Below, one piece after another: positions 20,994 through 29,512 of a stretch of DNA of 64,000 bases. The notes beneath the pieces are model-generated. The model made no database searches, was not told the DNA's origin, and saw only the letters and a list, made by a program, of their open reading frames with translations. Made by a program: the position numbers and the translations under genes. The first letter of the stretch is position 1, and each line of letters begins with the position of its first letter. The DNA is from an uncultured Acidobacteriota bacterium (GTDB lineage: Bacteria; Acidobacteriota; UBA6911): NCBI GenBank assembly GCA_963843575.1, contig CAWJKZ010000017.1, forward strand, positions 160,001 through 224,000. The letters are read 5' to 3'.

Positions 20994-22307
20994 CTACACC
21001 AGCGCCGAAATGCCCGGGGTGAACACCGGGTAGTTGCCATCCGGGCCCGGCTTGACGGGGGGCTCCATGTCAATCCGGCACTCTTCAGGCCTCGGCGGAA
21101 AACAGAAATCAGACGCGGAGACCTGGTCCCACGTGACCTCCTTGCCCGTGTAGCAGCTGATCTGGCCCATGATCCCGATCAGGGTGCTGCGCGCCATGTA
21201 GTCGCCGTTGTTGATCGGCGTGGCGGCGCGGATCGAACGGTAGAGCTCGGCGTGCTCCAGGACGTACGGGTCGTCTCTGCTCCCCTCATAGGTCCAGCTG
21301 GTTTCACCTTCAATTTGCAGCCGGAGTATGTTGCAGCGCCCCTTCGTCCCGAGCAGGATGCTGGAAGTCTCGTTGTAGCAGGACGGGATGGTGCGACAGA
21401 ACGCGTACAGGCGCACGCCGGTTGCGAACTGGTAGACGACGGAGTGATGGTCGAAAACGCTGCCGTAGATTTCGCCTTTGAGCGTGGAGCGCCCGCCCAG
21501 GCCGTGCGCCTTGACGGGGGCCTGCTCGTTCAGCGCCCAGCTGGCGCGGTCGAGGTTGTGGACCAGCGACTGGGGCACGTCGTCGCCGCTCAGCCAGTGA
21601 AAATGGTACTGGTTGCTCGCCTGGTATTGGACCTCGTTGATCCCGGGGACGCGCGGGTAAAGCACGTAGGGGGCGCGCAGGAAGTTCTCCTCGATGGCCA
21701 CGATCTCGCCGATGGCGCCGTCGTGAATGCGGCGAATCGTTTCGCGGTATCCCGGGTGGTAGCGGCTCTGCAACCCGGATACCACCGAGAGGTTCTTTTT
21801 CCGCGCCAGCGCGCAGGCCTCCCGGACGACCTTGATGCCGGCGGGATCGATGGCGTGGGGCTTTTCGACGAAGACGTGCTTGCCCGCTTCGACCGCGGCC
21901 TTCAGGTGGAGCGGGTGAAACTTGGCGGCGTTGGCGATCAGGACGACATCGCAGCTCTCGATCACTCCCTTGTAGCCGTCGAAACCGGCGAAGCAGTGGT
22001 TGTCGTCGACGAGCACCTGGCCGGGCTTGCGTTCCTTGAGCCGGCTGCGCTTCTGCTGCAACCGGTCCATCAGCATGTCGGCCATCGCGACGAGCCGCAC
22101 CTCGCCGTCCGCGGCTATCGCATTCAACACGGCCTCGAAGCCGCGTCCCCCGCAGCCGATCAGGCCGATTCGAATCGTGTCGCTCCCAGCCGCGTACCCG
22201 GGCCGGGGCGCCCTCCCGCCCCCGAACTGCGCGGCGGCGACGGCGGCTGTCGAGCTCTTCAGAAACTCACGGCGGGAAGTCCTGCGATCGGTGTCGTTAT
22301 CGCTCAT
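20994..22307 (-). CDS. Tat-exported Gfo/Idh/MocA family oxidoreductase
   Basis: SRREFLK Tat motif; IGLIGCGGRG; HVFVEKP; VHNLD; ATG at 22307. Confidence 0.9.
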   Translation of the reverse strand: MSDNDTDRRTSRREFLKSSTAAVAAAQFGGGRAPRPGYAAGSDTIRIGLIGCGGRGFEAVLNAIAADGEVRLVAMADMLMDRLQQKRSRLKERKPGQVLVDDNHCFAGFDGYKGVIESCDVVLIANAAKFHPLHLKAAVEAGKHVFVEKPHAIDPAGIKVVREACALARKKNLSVVSGLQSRYHPGYRETIRRIHDGAIGEIVAIEENFLRAPYVLYPRVPGINEVQYQASNQYHFHWLSGDDVPQSLVHNLDRASWALNEQAPVKAHGLGGRSTLKGEIYGSVFDHHSVVYQFATGVRLYAFCRTIPSCYNETSSILLGTKGRCNILRLQIEGETSWTYEGSRDDPYVLEHAELYRSIRAATPINNGDYMARSTLIGIMGQISCYTGKEVTWDQVSASDFCFPPRPEECRIDMEPPVKPGPDGNYPVFTPGISALV

Positions 22308-22530
22308 GGCGGGAATCTCCAGCTTGGCGTACGCCGGGCTTGGCGGTTGTTCGACTCTTCGAGGCAAGTCCCAAGGGGCTCGAAGAATCTCAAGGCAAGC
22401 GTAGTATAAGCCGAAACCGGTGAAACAGGTGCCGATGCCTTGTGTGCGGGCAGGAAGCGCCACGGGCGTTTTCCGCTTGATCTCCCGGGCGAACGCGCGT
22501 ACAAAGTTCGGTTCGCTTCGGAGGCCTCCA

Positions 22531-22734
22531 GTGATCAGCGGTCCGCAGCGCCTGAAATCGGTCGGGCTGCACTACAAGCCCAGGTGGGTAGCCATGAAGC
22601 AGAAGACCGTCCGGCAAGTCGTCACGCTGCACAAGCGCCGGGTGCGGCACGCCGCCAGGGAGTTCCTCCGGTCGGGCAGCCGCGGGGCCTGGAACCGGAT
22701 GCACTCCATGATCACAAACTGGGACTTCGACTGA
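22531..22734 (+). CDS. Small basic hypothetical protein (67 aa, ends ITNWDFD)
   Basis: GGAGG 6 nt before GTG 22531; fills the intergenic gap; R/K-rich helix HKRRVRHAAREFL. Confidence 0.55.
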   Translation: MISGPQRLKSVGLHYKPRWVAMKQKTVRQVVTLHKRRVRHAAREFLRSGSRGAWNRMHSMITNWDFD

Positions 22735-22765
22735 CGCCAGCTTCCGGCTTCCGGTTGTTCTGCTT

Positions 22766-24829
22766 CTACCGGGCGAAGGCGCAGCCGCCCCGATCGGGGG
22801 ACTTGAGCGCGAGAGCGCCGGTTGGGCAGACTTCGGCGGCGCGGCGGGCGGCCACCGGGATCCCTTCGGCGAGGGAGCCGCGCAGGGGTACCGCGACGGT
22901 GGCTTCGAAGCCGCGCCCGACGATGGAAAGTCCGAGCATTTCGCCGGCCTGGGCGGCTGCCGTCACGCAGGCCCCGCAGAGGATGCACTTCCCCGGCTCG
23001 TAAACGACCTCGGGGTGCGACAGGTCGCGCTGAAACCGCCGGCGGGCGCCCGCGAAGCGGAGCGGATCGGCTCCGTATTCCGTCGCCCACTGGCGCAGCT
23101 GGCAGGTGGTCGCCTTCCAGCAGCCGCAACCGATGCAGCGGCCGGATTCGCGGCGCACGTCGTCTTCCCCCAAGCCGAGCTCAACCTCGTCGAAGGTGTT
23201 CACCCTTTGCCCGATCGGGATCTCGGGCATTGCGGCGCGCGGGGCGGACTCGATGGCACGGAACAGCTCGGCCAGCTCCGACTCGTCGAGCTTGCCCATG
23301 AGGACGTTCAGCATCTCGGGATCTCCCTGGACCCGCCGCCCTCCCAGATACTGGTCGATCGAAACGGCGGCGAGCTTCCCCGCCGCTACCGCCCGTACGG
23401 CGAGGTCGGCGCCGGTCACACCGTCCCCGCCGGCAAAGACGCCGTCCAGGTTCGTGGCGAGCGTCTGCGGGTTCGCGGCGATGCCGCGTGTCGACAGGGC
23501 GAGCCCCGTCCCCGCCAGCGTTTCGACGGCGACGCTCTGACCGATGGCCGCGATGACGCAGGTCGCCCCGAGGGAGAATTCCGAGCCGGGCACCGGCACC
23601 GGGCGCGCCCGGCCGCTTTCGTCCGGGGCGCCCAGTTCCATCCGAAGGCATGTCAGCCGCAGCTTTCCGCCCGAGCGCTCGAGCCGGGCCGGCGCGACCA
23701 GCGTTTCCAGCCGGACGCCCTCGGCTTCGGCCGCCTCGACCTCGGACATCAGACACGGCATCTCGCGGCGCGTCCGCCGGTAAGCGACGGTCACGGCGCG
23801 GGCCCCCAGCCTGACGGCGGTACGGGCCGCGTCCATCGCAGTGTTGCCTCCCCCGAGCACGAGCACGTCACTCCCCGGGTCCGGCCTTCTGCCTGCCGCG
23901 ACTTCGGCCAGGAAATCGACGGCCGCGGTCGCCAGCTCTTCGCCGGGGCAGTCCAGCCCCCGGGAAACCTGCGCGCCGACCGCGAGGAAGACGGCGTCGA
24001 AGTCGCGCCGCAGTCCGTCGAGAGCGAAATCCCGGCCCATGCGCGCCTGCATCCGGAACTCCCCGCCCAGCCGCCGGATGGCCTCGATCTCGGCGGCGAG
24101 CACCCCGCGCGGCAGCCGGAATTCGGGGATGCCCCAGCGCAGCATCCCGCCGGGCTCCGTGTGCGCATCGAACAGGGTCACCCCGTGGCCGCGCCGGAGC
24201 AGGTTGTAGGCGGCCGTCAGTCCGGCAGGGCCCGCGCCGACGACGGCGACCCGCTTGCCCGTCGACTGTTCCCGGCGCGGGATGTAGCGCGCGGGGGACG
24301 CCAGGTCGCGGTCCGCGCTGAAGCGGTGCACGCTCCCGACCGAGAGCGGCTCCCCCTGGTCGCAGCGCCTGCAGCGTTGCTCGCACAGGCGCGGGCAGAT
24401 GCGTCCCAGGGACGCGGGCAGAGCGAGGAAGTCAAAGACCACCTCGGCCGATCGTGCGAAGTCGCCGGAGGTGACCAGCGACATGAACCCGGGGATGTCC
24501 AGCCGGGCCGGGCAACCTGTACGGCATGGGCCGATGCAGTCGCCGACATGGTCCGACAGCAGCAACTCCAGCGACATCTTCCTGGAGGCGCGGACCTCGT
24601 CGGCATCGGTCCGGACCTTCATCCCCTCGGACACGGGCATCGCGCACGCGGGCGACAGCGTCGGGCGTCCCTCGACCTGGACGGCACAGAGGAAGCACGA
24701 CGCCGAGGGCGGAAATCCCTCGACGTGGCACAACGTGGGGACACGGATGCCGAGACCGCGCGCCGCCTGGAGGATGGTAGTCCCTTCCTCGACGCAAGTT
24801 TCCCGGTTGTCGATCGTCAGTCGGATCAT
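22766..24829 (-). CDS. NuoG-N [2Fe-2S] + GltD-like FAD/NADPH oxidoreductase with extra Fe-S motifs (StnC/NfnA(Bfu)-like)
   Basis: PTLC..SCFLC..PAC [2Fe-2S]; HVGDC.GPC..GCP; GRICPRLCEQRC; VGAGPAG; GGGNTAMDAAR followed by YRR (NADP-type); C-terminal CIGCGC..C, CILCGAC, VCPTGAL. Confidence 0.85.
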   Translation of the reverse strand: MIRLTIDNRETCVEEGTTILQAARGLGIRVPTLCHVEGFPPSASCFLCAVQVEGRPTLSPACAMPVSEGMKVRTDADEVRASRKMSLELLLSDHVGDCIGPCRTGCPARLDIPGFMSLVTSGDFARSAEVVFDFLALPASLGRICPRLCEQRCRRCDQGEPLSVGSVHRFSADRDLASPARYIPRREQSTGKRVAVVGAGPAGLTAAYNLLRRGHGVTLFDAHTEPGGMLRWGIPEFRLPRGVLAAEIEAIRRLGGEFRMQARMGRDFALDGLRRDFDAVFLAVGAQVSRGLDCPGEELATAAVDFLAEVAAGRRPDPGSDVLVLGGGNTAMDAARTAVRLGARAVTVAYRRTRREMPCLMSEVEAAEAEGVRLETLVAPARLERSGGKLRLTCLRMELGAPDESGRARPVPVPGSEFSLGATCVIAAIGQSVAVETLAGTGLALSTRGIAANPQTLATNLDGVFAGGDGVTGADLAVRAVAAGKLAAVSIDQYLGGRRVQGDPEMLNVLMGKLDESELAELFRAIESAPRAAMPEIPIGQRVNTFDEVELGLGEDDVRRESGRCIGCGCWKATTCQLRQWATEYGADPLRFAGARRRFQRDLSHPEVVYEPGKCILCGACVTAAAQAGEMLGLSIVGRGFEATVAVPLRGSLAEGIPVAARRAAEVCPTGALALKSPDRGGCAFAR

Positions 24830-24849
24830 GTTTGAAATAAATCGCGGTC

Positions 24850-24915
24850 CTTTGAGTCCCTTGAGCCTTCGAGGTAAGTGTTGCAGTCTACCTCCAAGGC
24901 TCGAAGGACTCGAAG
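24850..24915. repeat. Imperfect 27-bp inverted repeat (family C, GCTC(G/A)AAG-rich units)
   Basis: CTTTGAGTCCCTTGAGCCTTCGAGGTA pairs with TACCTCCAAGGCTCGAAGGACTCGAAG; related units near 2791, 2926-2960, 22371-22395 and 44713-44738. Confidence 0.65.
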
Positions 24916-24962
24916 AATCTCGAAGAGATCTCCGATCTAAGTACTGGTGTTCACAAATACGC

Positions 24963-25090
24963 TAACAGATTCTTGGGGACGCGGATTCGCGCGGATCCCT
25001 ACCGATCGACCTTGCGACAGGACGCGGCCGATCCACGTGAATCCGTTGGATCCGCGGAATCTGCGTTCTGTTTTGGCTCTTATCTTTCAT
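24963..25090. repeat. Dispersed intergenic repeat (family B), copy 1
   Basis: Reverse complement of 25030-25090 nearly matches 50070-50130 (ATGAAAGATAA..CAAAACAGAACGCAGATTCCGCGGATCCAACGGATTCACG.GGATC). Confidence 0.8.
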
Positions 25091-25146
25091 TGCCCGTGTT
25101 GTTCTGCGTCCCGAAAAATACGTCAGCGTACTTATGAGACTGCGTT

Positions 25147-27927
25147 CTAAGCCACCTCGATCGCCGCCTCCGGGCAGGCCGTCGCGCACATGCCGCAGCG
25201 CGTGCACCGGTCGTCGATCACCTCGTGGCGCTCGTAGGGACGCGGCACGATCGCCTGGACCGGGCACGCCTGGGCGCACAGGGTGCAACCGGTGCACGTT
25301 TCGAGGACCCGGTAATGGATCAGGCCCTTGCACTGCGCGGCCGGGCAGCGCCGTTCGCGGATATGCGCCTCGTACTCCTCGCGGAAATAGCGCAGCGTCG
25401 TCAGGACCGGGTTGGGCGCCGTCTGGCCCAGCCCGCACAGACTCCCTTGCTTGATGCCCTGGCTGAGGTCCTCGAGCGTGCGCAGGTCCGCCTCGATCCC
25501 CTTCCCGGCGCAGATGCGTTCCAGGATCTCGAGCATGCGCTTCGTGCCGATGCGGCAGAAGGTGCACTTGCCGCACGACTCGTTCTGGGTGAACTGGAGA
25601 AAGTAGCGCGCGATCTCGACGGCGCAGTCGCGCTCGTCGAGCACGACCAGGCCGCCGGACCCCATGATGGCGCCAGTCGACGCCAGTTCCTCGTAATCGA
25701 CCCGGGTGTCGGCAAACCGGGCAGGGATGCAGCCTCCCGAGGGACCGCCCACGAGCACCGCCTTGAACTTGTGCCCGCCCTTGATGCCGCCGCCGACCTC
25801 GTCGACGATCTCCCTGATCGTGATCCCCATGGGGACCTCGATCAGGCCGCCGCGGTTGATCTTGCCCGCGAGCGAAAACACCTTCGTCCCCTTCGATTTT
25901 TCGGTCCCGAGCGCTGCGAACGCTTCGGGACCCTGCCGCAGGATCCACGGGAGGCAGGCAAGCGTCTCGACGTTGTTGATCAGGGTGGGCTTGCCCCAAA
26001 GCCCCGACTGGGCGGGGTACGGCGGGCGGAGCCTGGGCATCCCGCGTTCCCCTTGGATGGACTGAATGAGTGCGGTCTCCTCGCCGCAGACGAACGCGCC
26101 GGCCCCCTCGCGCACCTGCAGCCTGAAGCTGAACGTGCCTCCGAGGATGTTGTCGCCGAGGTATCCCTGCTCGGCGGCCTTCCGGATCGCCTCCCGGACG
26201 TGGCGCACCGCGATGGGGTATTCACGCCGCACGTAGATAAAGCCCTCGGTGGCTCCTACCGCATACGCGGCGATGGTCAACCCTTCGATCACCCGGAACG
26301 GGTCGGCTTCGAGCACGGCGCGGTCCATGAAAGCGCCCGGGTCTCCCTCGTCTCCGTTGCAGATGACATACTTGACGTCGCCGGCCGCGCGGCGCGTGAT
26401 GTCCCACTTGACCGCCGTCGGGAACCCGGCGCCGCCGCGGCCTCTCAGGCCGGCGACCCGCACCTTCTCGATCACGTCCTGCGGCGCAAGCCGCTCGATG
26501 CAATGCCGCAGCGCCTGCATACCGCCGTGGGCGGCATACTCCTCCAGTGCGAGCGGCTCGATCTCACCGCAGTTCTCCAGCACCACGCGCACCTGCCTCG
26601 CGAGGTAGGGTCCGGCATCGACCCTCCTGCCGTCGACCGGCAGCCACTCCGAATCTTCAAACAGGCGGGCCCGAGCGTCCCGAAGCCCCTCCCGCAACCT
26701 GACCGCCACGCCGCGCGGCCGGACGTGTTCGCGCACCACCTTGCGGGCGTCCTCCGGGCGCACGTTCCCGTACAGCGTGTGCCGGCCGTCCTCGATGACT
26801 TCCACGACCGGCTCGCAGTGGCACAGCCCGCTGCACCCGACTGTTTTCACCCGCGCGCCGCCCCCAAAGGACTCCACCGCCCGCTCGACCTCGGCGTGCA
26901 CCGCGCGGGCGCCACTCGCGATGCCGCAGGAACCGAGCCCGACCCGTATCTCGACCGCGCTTCGGCCGTGCGGCGGCGGTCGGTGTCCGTTTCCATTGCG
27001 ACCGCGACGGCCCCGCCCCCTCCCCGCTCGTGCGCCGCCGGCCTGCTCGGCTTTGAGGTGCTCCCGGAGGATTCGCCCCGCGTGCTGTGCGCTGACGTGG
27101 CCATGGATCCTGTCATCGACGGTCATCACCGGGGCTAGGCTGCACGACCCCAGGCAGGCGACCGGCTCGATGGTGAAGCGGCCCGACGGGTCGGTATCCG
27201 ATCCGTGGGCGATTCCCAGGGAGCGCCGCAACTCGGTCCTGATCTCCACCGCCCCCGACACGTGGCACGCCGTCCCCTCGCAGACCCGCACCATGTGCTC
27301 CCCCACGGGGCGCCGGCGGAACTGGCCGTAGAAGGACGCCACACCCGCGATCTGCGCCGGCGTGATCGAGGTCGCTTCCGATACACGCCGCAGCGCGGCT
27401 TCCGGCAGGTACCGGTAGCGCGCCTGGATGGCCTGCAGTATCGGGATCGCCGCGTCGGGCCGATCCCCTTCCGCTCGAATAATCTCGTCGACGGGCGACA
27501 TATCGAGCGGGGGCTCCGCGCCCGCGTCGGGGCGCACCAGAGGCCCTGACGACGGCTCGACCGGGGAAGCGGGCGCGGCCGCCGCAACGGAAGCCGTAGC
27601 CGCGGGCCGTGGGACCCGCAACCACTTCGCCCAGGCGAGAAACGTGGCGGAGGCGATCAGGAGGGTAAGGCCGCCGCGCCTGTAGGAGTTCCGGCGGGCG
27701 ACTGCCGCATCGTGCTGGCGGTCTGTCTCGGGTTGCAGAACCTTCTGGACTTCCGCGTCGGTCTTCGCCTTCTCCTTCAGCGATTCCACAAGCGCTTTTT
27801 CGACGGGGAGAACGCGGCGAGCGTGCAGGTAGACCGATACGAGCCAGACCGCCGCGATCACCGACACCAGTGCCGCCGCCACCCCGAGCCACTTCGACGC
27901 GATCGATCGGAGGCGCCCGCCAGTCAT
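25147..27927 (-). CDS. Membrane-anchored NuoE-NuoF (HydC-HydB/BfuC-BfuB-like) fusion flavoprotein
   Basis: Two N-terminal TM helices; NuoE VCEGTAC..CLGSC; second thioredoxin-like GSCG..GCSGLC; GRGGAGFP, CNGDEGDPGAFMDR, GAFVCGEETAL, GGPSGG, SCGKCTFCR, LCGLG, H....RCPAAQC; two C-terminal CxxCxxCxxxCP. Confidence 0.9.
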   Translation of the reverse strand: MTGGRLRSIASKWLGVAAALVSVIAAVWLVSVYLHARRVLPVEKALVESLKEKAKTDAEVQKVLQPETDRQHDAAVARRNSYRRGGLTLLIASATFLAWAKWLRVPRPAATASVAAAAPASPVEPSSGPLVRPDAGAEPPLDMSPVDEIIRAEGDRPDAAIPILQAIQARYRYLPEAALRRVSEATSITPAQIAGVASFYGQFRRRPVGEHMVRVCEGTACHVSGAVEIRTELRRSLGIAHGSDTDPSGRFTIEPVACLGSCSLAPVMTVDDRIHGHVSAQHAGRILREHLKAEQAGGARAGRGRGRRGRNGNGHRPPPHGRSAVEIRVGLGSCGIASGARAVHAEVERAVESFGGGARVKTVGCSGLCHCEPVVEVIEDGRHTLYGNVRPEDARKVVREHVRPRGVAVRLREGLRDARARLFEDSEWLPVDGRRVDAGPYLARQVRVVLENCGEIEPLALEEYAAHGGMQALRHCIERLAPQDVIEKVRVAGLRGRGGAGFPTAVKWDITRRAAGDVKYVICNGDEGDPGAFMDRAVLEADPFRVIEGLTIAAYAVGATEGFIYVRREYPIAVRHVREAIRKAAEQGYLGDNILGGTFSFRLQVREGAGAFVCGEETALIQSIQGERGMPRLRPPYPAQSGLWGKPTLINNVETLACLPWILRQGPEAFAALGTEKSKGTKVFSLAGKINRGGLIEVPMGITIREIVDEVGGGIKGGHKFKAVLVGGPSGGCIPARFADTRVDYEELASTGAIMGSGGLVVLDERDCAVEIARYFLQFTQNESCGKCTFCRIGTKRMLEILERICAGKGIEADLRTLEDLSQGIKQGSLCGLGQTAPNPVLTTLRYFREEYEAHIRERRCPAAQCKGLIHYRVLETCTGCTLCAQACPVQAIVPRPYERHEVIDDRCTRCGMCATACPEAAIEVA

Positions 27928-28922
27928 CGCGTCTCCACCTGGACCAGCGTTTCGCGGCCGCCGCGGTGCTCCAGCTCGCGCGGGCACGATTCATAGCAGC
28001 GGGCACAGCTGACGCACGCGCCGCGATCCGCGCGGAGCTTTTCGATGGCGCCGTAGGGGCACGCCTGCGCGCACAGCCCGCAATCCAGCTCCTTGTCCGG
28101 CGTGATGACGACGTTCTTCCAGGCGACGCGGGAGAGGATGGACAGTATCCCACCGTACGGGCAGAGCCAGCGGCAGTACGGCCTGCCGATGAACATCCCG
28201 GCGACGATGAACACGGCGCCGATGGCGAGCATGTGGAACGGGCCGGTGATCCGGAAGAGCCCGATGAACGGGTCCCACTCGCAGATCAGAAAACGGCGCC
28301 CGGTCTGCAGATTCAGCCCGGCGACCCTCAGGTGCAGCCCCCAGCCCGCGGCGACGACAGCCAACGACAGGTAGACATAGGGGAGCCACCCGAGCGCCTT
28401 GTCGAGCTTGCGGGGAACCTGGACCGGGCGCAACACCACCAAGTCCTGCACGGCCCCGAGCGGGCACACGCCCCCGCAGAACACGCGCCCGAACAGCAGC
28501 GCAGCGACGAGCGGCAGGAAGAAGAAGACGATCACGCCCAGCGACACCATGTACCGCGGGTCGACCAGCGACAGGGTCACGTTCTGAATGGCGCCGATCG
28601 GGCAGACACATCCCTTCCGGTAAAAACCGAAGTAGGCGAGCGCGCCGATGCTGAGCAACATTACGCCGTTGCGGCTGCGCCGTTTCAGCACGAGCCAGGC
28701 CGACAGGCCCAGCCCCGCGGCCAGCACGGCGACATCGAGCACCCGAACCCACGCCGTGCGGGGCTCGGGATGCGTCGGGGTGGGGAATGCGTAGGTGCCG
28801 CCGAAATCGGGCGGGGCTTTCTGGTATTGGGCGAACAGCACGCCCGACGCGAGGGCCGCCAGGACGAGGACCGGGAGCCATATGCGCCGCACCACCGCCA
28901 GGCGTTCGGGACCGCTAGGCAT
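27924..28922 (-). CDS. NapH/MauN/NosR-like polytopic membrane 4Fe-4S protein
   Basis: Several TM helices; CVCPIG, FCGGVCPLG and YCRWLCPYG motifs; C-terminal DCGLCAQACP and CVSCARCYESCP; ATGA overlap with the next gene. Confidence 0.85.
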   Translation of the reverse strand: MPSGPERLAVVRRIWLPVLVLAALASGVLFAQYQKAPPDFGGTYAFPTPTHPEPRTAWVRVLDVAVLAAGLGLSAWLVLKRRSRNGVMLLSIGALAYFGFYRKGCVCPIGAIQNVTLSLVDPRYMVSLGVIVFFFLPLVAALLFGRVFCGGVCPLGAVQDLVVLRPVQVPRKLDKALGWLPYVYLSLAVVAAGWGLHLRVAGLNLQTGRRFLICEWDPFIGLFRITGPFHMLAIGAVFIVAGMFIGRPYCRWLCPYGGILSILSRVAWKNVVITPDKELDCGLCAQACPYGAIEKLRADRGACVSCARCYESCPRELEHRGGRETLVQVETR

Positions 28923-29499
28923 GGGCCTGACTTTCACTGGGCGCCACGCCCGGTACCGTAGTTCGTATGATCGCGGCGTCGGGACAGGCCACCTGGATGG
29001 CGCAGGTGTTGCACTCCAGGCAGCGGCTGTAGCGGATCTCGAGCCGCAGCGAGCCGTTCCCGGCAGGGGGCTTGCACGCCTTGACGCACTTGCCGCAGCC
29101 GTCGCAGCGGGTTTCGTCGATGAAATACTCGTAGTAGTTGTTGTTCGGGTCGTCCGGGTCCACCTTCCCCACGACCCGGCGCTTGAGCGCGTCCTGCGGG
29201 CAGACCTTCCCCGTTGGGATGCCGCGCTCATCCGGCTGGCTCATCACGTCGAAATACGCCGGGCAGAGCATGCAGTAGCCGCACTTTTCGAAATCGTTGA
29301 CCGCCTTGACCGCCGAGAGGCTCAGCACGCAGGAGGTACGGCACAGATCGCACGCCGTGCAGCGGAACGGATCGACCTGGTAGACGGAATCTGCAGTCGC
29401 GCGGCGCACCAGGAGCCCCGCGGCCCCCCCGATCCCGGCGAAACCGAGGATTCGGAAGGATCGGTCGAAAAACTGCCTGCGGCTGGACCGTTCGCTCAT
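28915..29499 (-). CDS. Polyferredoxin with twin-arginine-like N-terminus
   Basis: SRRQFF plus a hydrophobic stretch; CTACDLCRTSC, CGYCMLC, VCPQ, CDGCGKCVKAC, CLECNTC..ACP. Confidence 0.85.
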   Translation of the reverse strand: MSERSSRRQFFDRSFRILGFAGIGGAAGLLVRRATADSVYQVDPFRCTACDLCRTSCVLSLSAVKAVNDFEKCGYCMLCPAYFDVMSQPDERGIPTGKVCPQDALKRRVVGKVDPDDPNNNYYEYFIDETRCDGCGKCVKACKPPAGNGSLRLEIRYSRCLECNTCAIQVACPDAAIIRTTVPGVAPSESQAHA

Positions 29500-29512
29500 A
29501 TGCGCGTGCGCC

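Noticed and set aside
7001-22409. Long alternative-frame or antisense ORFs (e.g. 7001..8881, 9213..11210, 15186..17318, 18593..20410, 20289..22409)
   Set aside because: They shadow well-supported genes, are R/P/G-rich and lack motifs, as expected in high-GC DNA.
22766-27927. Respiratory complex I (nuoEFG), [FeFe]-hydrogenase or glutamate synthase
   Set aside because: No other nuo genes, no H-cluster motifs, no molybdopterin domain and no gltB; only the shared modules are present.
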